This document shows, piece by piece, positions 1 through 6,612 of a DNA stretch of 7,403 nucleotides (the first letter of the stretch is position 1; each line of letters begins with the position of its first letter). Below the pieces are notes generated by a model. That model was not told the DNA's origin, made no database searches, and worked only from the letters and a program-made list of their open reading frames with translations. Origin of the DNA: Octopus sinensis. Its lineage: Eukaryota. The stretch spans positions 1 through 7,403 of the forward strand of contig NW_021828944.1 of the NCBI RefSeq assembly GCF_006345805.1. Reading direction: 5' to 3'. The position numbers were made by a program, and so were the translations under genes.

Positions 1-39
1 CACCATTTTTCTATCTGCTAATTCAAGCTATAATATATG

Positions 40-118
40 TACAAACATACCAACATACATACTTACATACACGCATACATGCATACACAAACATATACAT
101 ACACACACACACGCACAC
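40..118. repeat. Degenerate (CATA)n/(CA)n microsatellite
   Basis: Seen directly: catac/acatac/cacac units. It is the reverse-complement motif class of the adjacent (TATG)n array. Confidence 0.85.
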
Positions 119-123
119 TCATT

Positions 124-237
124 ATGTATGTATGTATGTATGTATGTATGTATGTACGTATGTATGTGTGTGTGTGCGTGTATGTATGTATGTATGTATG
201 TGTGTGTGTATATATGTATGTATGTATGTTATGTATG

Positions 238-274
<37 letters not shown>

Positions 275-592
275 GTATGTATGTATGTATGTATGTATGT
301 ATGTATGCATGTATGTATGTAAGTATGTATGTATGTATGTATGTTTGTATGTATGTATGTATGTATGTATGTATGCATGTATGTATGTATGTATGTATGT
401 ATGCATGCATGTATGTATGTATGTATGCATGTATGTATGTATGTATGCATGCATGTATGTATGTATGTATGTATGTATGCATGTATGCATGCATGTATGT
501 ATGTATGTATGTATGTATGTATGTACGTATGTACGTATGTATGTATGTATGTATGTATGTATGTTTATGTATTATGTGTGTGTGTGTGTATG
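124..592. repeat. (TATG)n tetranucleotide microsatellite with TACG/TGCA/TAAG variants and short (TG)n patches
   Basis: Seen directly. It accounts for all MYVC/HTYI-repeat ORFs between 37 and 626. Confidence 0.98.
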
Positions 593-1283
593 GTCAACAG
601 ATGAGACTCAAAGATTCTTAGTATAGAAGACGCTTAATAGCTCTCAAATGGTTCAAACTTATAGAGAAAAGAGCTTTTTGAAATTGAACCAAATTTTTTT
701 ATATCGCCTCTCACTTAATACCTGCGCATAAATGCAATTCCGTGAAATATTCGCGCTTATTTACGTAGCAGCAGATATATGCAATTTCAAATCTCACAAA
801 ATGTTGTATCATATGTACGAGATATTTTCTTTTTTGTTCATGGGAAAAAAGGAAAAATAAGAGTGAATGTTTATTTTATGATTGCTGTGTATTAAGTCTA
901 TAAAATCGTGCATAAAGTATATAAAGTGTATATATAAAGTGCATCAAGTAATCATCGTATTCCAATTTCTTTCACTTTTCAATGATTAGCAGATGAGCGA
1001 CTGCCTTTCCATACAAACACAACACAAGCTACGCTTTCAGGTTTTTGTGGATAAAGTTTTCAGAAATAACCCAATAAGTTTACCATTAATTCCGAGAAAT
1101 ATTAACGGACCCCACTAGTTTAATATAAATGTCTATATTTTTATAATCAAATATTCATCGCCTGAAAGTCTCCACCTTTTGCTTCCTCTCGTTTTGCATC
1201 TATACATTTATACATATTTTGTATTTCATAGCCAAGCCGTTATATTTAATATATGTAATTTCTTTATCCGCATAATCGCCTCT

Positions 1284-1582
<299 letters not shown>

Positions 1583-1583
1583 A

Positions 1584-1612
1584 CAAGTGGGTGAAAAGTA
1601 AGTAGGCAATTA
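1584..1612 (+). repeat. Left terminal inverted repeat of the Tc1/mariner element
   Basis: CAAGTGGGTGAAAAGTAAGTAGGCAATTA matches the revcomp of 2461-2488 with a few substitutions and indels. Confidence 0.85.
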
Positions 1613-1699
1613 ATGATTTGGTGATAAAATCCTTTTACGAAATTATTGGAACAAATGATACATGTTCTTTATTACACGGGAAATTGAAAATAAATCTTC

Positions 1700-2339
1700 G
1701 TATTTCACCCTAAGCTCCGGTGGCGTCAACCAGTTTCCTCAAATGTCCAGGGACAAAATGAACAACCTTCTGAATGACGTCGTCTGGGATATCATTGAGA
1801 ACCTCCTGAATTCGTGTCTCCAAGTCCTCCAGTGTGCGAGGTTTTGTACACTTCCTCTTTTGTGTAACCCCGCAAGTAAAAAACAAAATCACATGGAGTA
1901 AGATCAGGACTTCTTGGAGTTCTAGACGTCTGGACTTCTGCTGTCACAATCTTCAGGTTTTTATCTCCTGCACGTAATAGAGTTTCCACGGATGGAAATT
2001 CAATTCTTTATGCAACACCGTACGTATTGTGTGTCATGTTAGTCCACTTTCACTAGCTGCTTGACCTGTTGATTTTTGCGGGCTGTGATTAAGCATTTCC
2101 CGCACTGTCGCCACATTCTCCGCTGACCAGGATGTGGTTGGACGGCCACCACTTGCGTCATTCACAGAGTCCGTGGTCATAAGCTTTGCACGACAACGTT
2201 TCATTGTCACCGGACGTAGTGTTGCATGCTTATCTTCCCATGGACGCCTCCATCTCTGAACCAGAACAATGGACTTCCACACTTCATAGAGAGCTGCTAT
2301 CTTAGCTCGCTGCTCCTGAACAGTCGAGCGACCGGCCGT
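1700..2339 (-). pseudogene. Transposase pseudogene (DUF4817-type N-terminal HTH; C-terminal PRSPDLTPCDF motif; rosa/DD41D-like context)
   Basis: Joined across frameshifts: (ACG for ATG)-AGRSTVQEQRAKIAALYEVWKSIVLVQRW...GRPTTSWSAENVATVREMLNHSPQKSTGQAASESGLT / DTIRTVLHKELNFHPWKLYYVQEI / KPEDCDSR, then directly ...PRSPDLTPCDF..RGYTKEEVYKT / KPRTLEDLETRIQEVLNDIPDDVIQKVVHFVPGHLRKLVDATGA*. The FSDE and QQDGA segments (first two catalytic Asp) are absent. AATAAA on the minus strand at 1668-1673. The subfamily call is inference from motif context. Confidence 0.9.
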
Positions 2340-2460
2340 CGGGAAAATAAGACAATAAGGCAACAAGGAAAATTTTTTAAATCCCCATTTAGTGTTTGCC
2401 TATTTAAAAAATGTTTTTGTCATGACTTCAGTGATACTAAAAATTCTGTAAGCAATTTCT

Positions 2461-2488
2461 AATGCTTAGTTACTTTCCACCCACCCTT
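2461..2488 (-). repeat. Right terminal inverted repeat of the Tc1/mariner element
   Basis: Revcomp AAGGGTGGGTGGAAAGTAACTAAGCATT, followed outside by TA. Confidence 0.85.
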
Positions 2489-2691
2489 TATAAAAAGGAA
2501 AAGGAGGTGATCAGGGGGATTTGGATAGAACCAATTTCTTTAGTGCTTCACAGGGATTCATCATAATGAATTCCTCAAAGGGTTGCAATTGCTAAATAAT
2601 TCGGTTTATTTAATTCATATCCTGATTGCCGCCTTTTACTTAATATATACAAAAATCTATACACCACTTCAGAACAATCCATACCTACATT

Positions 2692-2694
2692 ACA

Positions 2695-2742
<48 letters not shown>

Positions 2743-2776
2743 ACACACACACATATAGACCCACTCATACACATAC
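2692..2776. repeat. (CA)n microsatellite
   Basis: Seen directly. Confidence 0.97.
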
Positions 2777-2951
2777 TAGGTACACCCGTTAAACTATCAT
2801 ATGACACCGTATTCGTATTCATAATTCACTCTGGTATCCGGATTTCGGTATTTACTCTTGGAGTGTGAAACCTTTGTAGCTTTTTATACAGATGAGTTTT
2901 GTCAGTCAAAGTCGAATTTCCATTGTGAAAAGAAATTCTCCATTACTGCAG

Positions 2952-3019
2952 GTTGTGAAGAGGAGGATGGGGAAGAGGAGGAGGAGGAGGAGGAGGCGTG
3001 GTTAAGCGAATCCTGATGA
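2952..3019 (+). other. Possible short terminal coding exon (unproven)
   Basis: ttctccattactgcag|G acceptor-like site. Phase 1 reads (G)CEEEDGEEEEEEEEAWLSES then TGA TGA. Phase 0 reads VVKRRMGKRRRRRRRRG*. May be just a (GAG)n repeat. Confidence 0.2.
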
Positions 3020-3255
3020 ACCGTAAAGACAACGAAACTAATCGGTTTGATTCTCATTCCAGTCTGGAGAATTCAGAATTCAGAAAAGTTGGATCTGATT
3101 TCACAGCGAGGAACCCGACTACTTTGGGATATAAGAACCGCGCAGACGGGATTTAGTTTCTAAAGAGTAAAACAGTTGAATCAGGGCGGAGGTGGGGAAC
3201 GAACGCTGTTGTTGGACGTTTGCAGATTTTGTGGTCGAGTGAGAAGAGCCTCTCG

Positions 3256-3690
3256 GAAGAAGAAGAAGAAGAAGAAGAAGAAGAAGAAGAAGAAGAAGGA
3301 GGAGGAGAAGAAGAAGAAGAAGAAGAAGAAGGAAGAAGAAGGAGAAGAAGAAGAAGAAGAAGAAGAAGGAGAAGGATGAGGAGAAGAAGAAGAAGAAGAC
3401 GAAGAAGAGGAAGAAGACGAAGAAGATGAAGAAGAAGACGAGGAAGAAGAAGAAGAAGAAGAAGAAGAAGAAGAAGAAGAAGAAGAAGAAGAAGAAGAAA
3501 AGAGGAGGAGAAGAAGAAGAAGAAGAAGAGAGAAGAAGAAGGAGAAGAAGAAGAAGAAGAAGAAGAAGGAGAAGGATGAGGAGAAGAAGAAGAAGAAGAC
3601 GAAGAAGAGGAAGAAGACGAAGAAGATGAAGAAGAAGACGAGGAGACGACGAAGAAGAAGAAAGAAGAAGAGCAGAATAGAAGAAAGAAG

Positions 3691-3722
<32 letters not shown>

Positions 3723-3902
3723 GGAGAGGATGAGGAGGAGGAGGAAGAGGAGGAGAAGAGGAGGAGTAAGAGGAAGGAGAAGAAAAGAATAAGAAGGAGA
3801 AGAAGAAGGAGGAGGAGGAGGAGGAGAAGAAGGAGGAGGAGGAGAAGAAGGAGGAGGAGGAGGAGAAGAAGGAGGAGGAGGAGAAGAAGGAGGAGGAGGA
3901 GG
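3256..3902. repeat. ~650-bp compound (GAA)n/(GAG)n/(GGA)n polypurine tract
   Basis: Seen directly. It is the source of the poly-E/K/R and poly-L/F/S ORFs. Contains an exact internal duplication, 3332-3444 = 3532-3644. Confidence 0.98.
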
Positions 3903-3949
3903 CGGAAGTGTGTCCAAAACATCCCTTTTGTCCCCTTTCTCGTGGTATG

Positions 3950-4161
3950 AATGTTGGTTTGAAATTTTGGCACAAGGCCGGCAATTCAGAAGTAAGAAGA
4001 AGGCGATTAGACAGACCCTAGTATTCTACTGGTACTTTTTTTTATCGACTCTGAATAGATAAAAAAACAACCAACCAAGTCGACCATGGAGGAATTTGAA
4101 TTCAGAGCGTAAAGAAATACTGCTGAACATTTTGTTCGACGCGCCAACGATTCTGCCAGCC
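3950..4161 (-). mobile_element. tRNA-derived SINE copy 1 (diverged; octopus-type)
   Basis: Revcomp reads GCTGGCAGAATCGTTGGCGCGTCGAACAAAATG...TCTGAATTCAAATTCC...GTCGATAAAAAAAAGTACCAGTAGAATACTAGGGTC...GGCCTTGTGCCAAAATTTCAAACCAA. It aligns to the copies at 5261-5456 and 5476-5656. A-box-like TGGCAGAATCG; mutated B box at 4091-4101. Confidence 0.85.
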
Positions 4162-4843
4162 ATAACATAAACCCACAACAAGAAATAATATTTGGTCGTT
4201 TAAAATATTTATTAACACGACCTCCCCACCCCACCCTCGCACCCACCCTCATCTGTTAAATATGTCCCATCTGGTGTTAATATCCTAACCCTAACCATTA
4301 TACTTAATTAAAACTGTAATAAACACTAATCTTTCGTTTGGTTTAGCACCGCCCCCGCCCCCAAACCCCACCGCCATCCATCCGGGCCCTTGGATGCTTT
4401 TAAGCGAAGTACACACTCTTTTGTAACCACCCGAACCAAGCCTCCGCTCTGTAAGGAATTTTTCACCCCGTCCTTTTCTCACTCTCGGAGACCCCGAAAA
4501 TATTCGTGGATGCCCTTCCTTCTTCGTAGACTAATCCATTTTAAAGGAAACCCCATCATTCCGTCGCTGTTAAGTTTAATTCAAACAATTATAAACAAGT
4601 ATTAATTATGATTCAATTTATTAGAAACACCTGTCCCTAACTATTAAGTTTAATTACAAATATTTTATTCTTAGCTTTTTGATATTTCACTCAATCTGTT
4701 TAGTATAAATTTTGACTTCCGAAAATTTAGATTTATTCTCCAGATAACTCTGGTTTTCTCCGCTTCCACATATACATCCTTTTATATTTAATTAGGGATT
4801 CACCCAACACAACTTCGATGAATGTGGTGAAGATTATATTTCG

Positions 4844-4881
4844 CTGAAGAGGTCTAATAAGATCAAAACATATCCGTAGTT
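4844..4881 (+). ncRNA. Degenerate minimal hammerhead-ribozyme-like motif (Penelope/retrozyme-type relic)
   Basis: CTGAAGA core (4844-4850), stem II GGTC-taataa-GATC, then AAAA in place of GAAA, then C-ATAT palindrome. The cleavage-site region appears damaged. Confidence 0.45.
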
Positions 4882-5245
4882 GTCACCCGTACTTCCAACA
4901 TAATTTTGTTCTTTCTTCCCTACACAAATGTTTCTAATTAGATTTTTGATGTTTTAATGTTTTCAGCAACTTCCTTCTATTGTCAACAGAGTTGACAATC
5001 ATTGGTTCAAGTCAAACTGCTACCAGACACTCCATTAACTGTTGCTAAAACCCAAGCGATCCTACCCTCCCCCGACTGTTTCTAACTCTTATAAACATTG
5101 TTACATATCATTCAAATGATGTGAAAGAGACATTCTCTTTTCTAATAACTATCATAAATGGTTTTAGGAAATTCCATTGTCAATATTTTTGCCGTAGGAA
5201 AAATTCGCCGTAAAAAAGAAAAAAAAAATCCCGCTCCCACCAAAA

Positions 5246-5456
5246 AATAACAATAATAATCCTTTCTACTAAAGGCACAAAGCCTGAGTCGATTATATCG
5301 ACCCCAGTGTTTCACTGGTACTTAATTTATCGACCCCCAAAAGGATGAGAGGCAAAGTCGATCTCGGCAGAATTTGAACTCAGAACGTCTTTAAGAATGA
5401 TGAAATATCGCAAAGCATTTTGCCCGGCTTGGTAGCAATTCTGCTAGCTTACCGTT
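5246..5456 (-). mobile_element. tRNA-derived SINE copy 2 with (ATT)n tail
   Basis: Revcomp: CGGTAAGCTAGCAGAATTG (A-box region)...GAGTTCAAATTCT (B box, 5369-5379)...GCCTCTCATCCTTTTGGGGGTCGATAAATTAAGTACCAGTGAAACACTGGGGTCGATATAATCGAC...GTGCCTTTAGTAGAAAGG-ATTATTATTG. Confidence 0.9.
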
Positions 5457-5475
5457 TATTATAATAATAATAATA

Positions 5476-5656
5476 GGCGGCGAGCTGGCAGAAACGTTAG
5501 CACGCTGGGCGAAATGCGTAGCCGTACGTTGTGAGTTCAAATTCCGCCGAGGTCCACTTTGCCTTTCATCCTTTCGGGGTCGATAAATTAAGTACTGGGG
5601 TCGATATCTGTCCTTGTTTGTCCCCTCTGTGTTTAGACCCTTGTGGGTAGTAAAGA

Positions 5657-5692
<36 letters not shown>
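5476..5692 (+). mobile_element. tRNA-derived SINE copy 3 followed by (AAT)12
   Basis: GGCGGCGAGC-TGGCAGAAACG (A-box-like, 5486-5496)...GTTCAAATTCC (B box, 5535-5545)...GCCTTTCATCCTTTCGGGGTCGATAAATTAAGTAC. Core 5527-5595 matches the revcomp of 5318-5387 at 63/70 positions by manual alignment. (AAT)12 at 5657-5692. Confidence 0.92.
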
Positions 5693-5694
<2 letters not shown>

Positions 5695-5785
5695 TGATGA
5701 TGGTGATGATGATGATGATGATGATGGTGATGATGGTGATGGTGATGGTGATGATGATGATGGTGATGGTGATGATGATGACGAC
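5693..5785. repeat. (GAT/GGT)n then (GAC)2 trinucleotide microsatellite
   Basis: Seen directly. It is the source of the poly-His ORF on the minus strand. Confidence 0.97.
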
Positions 5786-5858
5786 GAAGAGTGCGATTCG
5801 ATTGTAATAGATATTTTATTGGTTGAACGATATTTCTTTCGGCAGTAAGATTGTCTTT

Positions 5859-6053
5859 GCGGTGCTCCAGCATGGCCACAGTCAAATGACTGAAACAAGT
5901 AAAAGAGTAAAAGAGTAAAAGAGAGTAAAAGAGTAAAAGAGAGTAAAAGAGAGTAAAAGGGAGAGTAAAAGAGAGTAAAAGAGTAAAAGAGAGTAAAAGA
6001 GTAAAAGAGAGTAAAAGAGAGTAAAAGGGAGAGTAAAAGAGAGTAAAAGAGTA
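5859..6053 (+). mobile_element. 5'-truncated non-LTR retroposon 3' end (probably RTE-type LINE or partner SINE): stem-loop plus tandem-repeat tail
   Basis: GCGGTGCTCCAGCATGGCCA-CAGTCA-AA-TGACTG-AAACAA followed by a (GTAAAAGA[GA])n tail. A 3' stem-loop plus a short tandem-repeat tail is the established architecture of stringent LINE/SINE 3' ends. The RTE assignment is recollection/inference. Confidence 0.55.
5899..6050 (+). repeat. Minisatellite of GTAAAAGA (8), GTAAAAGAGA (10) and GTAAAAGGGAGA (12) units
   Basis: Seen directly. 16 units; 5915-5982 is identical to 5983-6050. Confidence 0.97.
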
Positions 6054-6339
6054 GTCTCTCTCTTTTGAATATTTTGGCATTATTTACCATTTCCCTCACT
6101 CAGTTCTGTATCAAAACCTCTACATTATGTCTTAAAGACTCCGCCCCTAACTCTCAAATGTCTTAATACAGACACGCCCTCTTTCCTAATTTTTATGTTA
6201 ACGGATAATATTCTAGAAATTTACTCCGTTTTTCTCACGTTTCTTTAAGGAAATTATTCACTCACATCTTTACAATAACGAGCATTTTAGAGATACTCTC
6301 TTCATATATAAATATTCTATGTTATGCATATTCTCTCTT

Positions 6340-6422
6340 CCCCCTCTTCCTCCTCTTCATCTCTTTCTCTCTCTCCTCACTCTGTCTGTCTGTCTATCTG
6401 TCCGTCTGTCTGTCTCTGTCTC
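6340..6422. repeat. Low-complexity (CT)n/(CTGT)n tract
   Basis: Seen directly. Confidence 0.85.
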
Positions 6423-6493
6423 TTAAATATTCCAATTTTCTCACAAAATATTGAAACTTCCCACTCATTATCCAACATTTTACAGTGGTTTAT

Positions 6494-6612
6494 GCTGTTT
6501 AGCCCCAGGTCCACCCTGACCGAGTACACACACACTTGATCAAAGCCGTGACCGTGTTTTCAACGATATCAGGATTTACATTTATTCAGTGGTTCCTTCC
6601 CTTTAGAACACA
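6494..6612 (+). mobile_element. Possible fragment of an interspersed repeat leading into the 78-bp array
   Basis: GCTGTTTAGCCCCAGGTC...TGATCAAAGCCGTGACC resembles an octopus interspersed repeat as I recall it. Unverified; needs a genome BLAST. Confidence 0.3.

Larger units (their letters stand above)
1584..2488 (-). mobile_element. Non-autonomous, internally deleted Tc1/mariner-superfamily DNA transposon (~905 bp)
   Basis: Imperfect TIRs: left TA|CAA-GTGGGTGAAAAGTAAGTAGGCAATT; right (revcomp) TA|AAGGGTGGGTGGAAAGTAACTAAGCA-TT. TA at 1582-1583 and 2489-2490 is the TSD expected for Tc1/mariner. Transposase remnants lie inside on the minus strand. Confidence 0.9.

Noticed and set aside
37-626. 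ORFs of 73-194 aa rich in MYVC/HTYI
   Set aside because: Pure translations of (TATG)n/(CATA)n, which lacks stops in several frames. No non-repetitive coding content.
650-690. GGTTCAA...TTGAACC inverted repeat
   Set aside because: 7-bp arms with a 27-nt gap in AT-rich DNA. Expected by chance.
909-950. ATAAAGT repeated three times
   Set aside because: Short low-complexity slippage with no further structure.
1662-1901. 79-aa plus-strand ORF (and the 78-aa ORF at 2226-2462)
   Set aside because: Antisense shadows of the transposase pseudogene.
3119-3984. 250-290-aa poly-L/poly-S/poly-F ORFs on the minus strand and poly-E/K/R ORFs on the plus strand
   Set aside because: Open only because (TTC)n/(GAA)n has no stops. 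No recognisable domain.
4284-4296. Telomere-like CCTAACCCTAACC
   Set aside because: Only about two units. Too short to call an interstitial telomeric site.
4660-4785. Short protein-like minus frame DVYVEAEKTRVIWRINLNFRKSKFILNRLSEISKS
   Set aside because: Under 40 codons, no start or splice context and no recognisable family. Worth revisiting only if the neighbouring hammerhead relic proves to be part of a Penelope-like element.
5476-5560. tRNA gene
   Set aside because: A/B boxes are present, but I could not fold a cloverleaf and the sequence continues into a SINE core shared with two other copies.
5391-6099. 229-aa ORF with poly-His/poly-Tyr and an overlapping 177-aa ORF
   Set aside because: Stitched from the GTAAAAGA minisatellite, (GAT)n/(AAT)n and an antisense SINE.
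6127-6181. Degenerate ~31-bp direct repeat (ATGTCTTAA..GAC.C.GCCC)
   Set aside because: Two poorly matching copies. Insufficient support for a feature.
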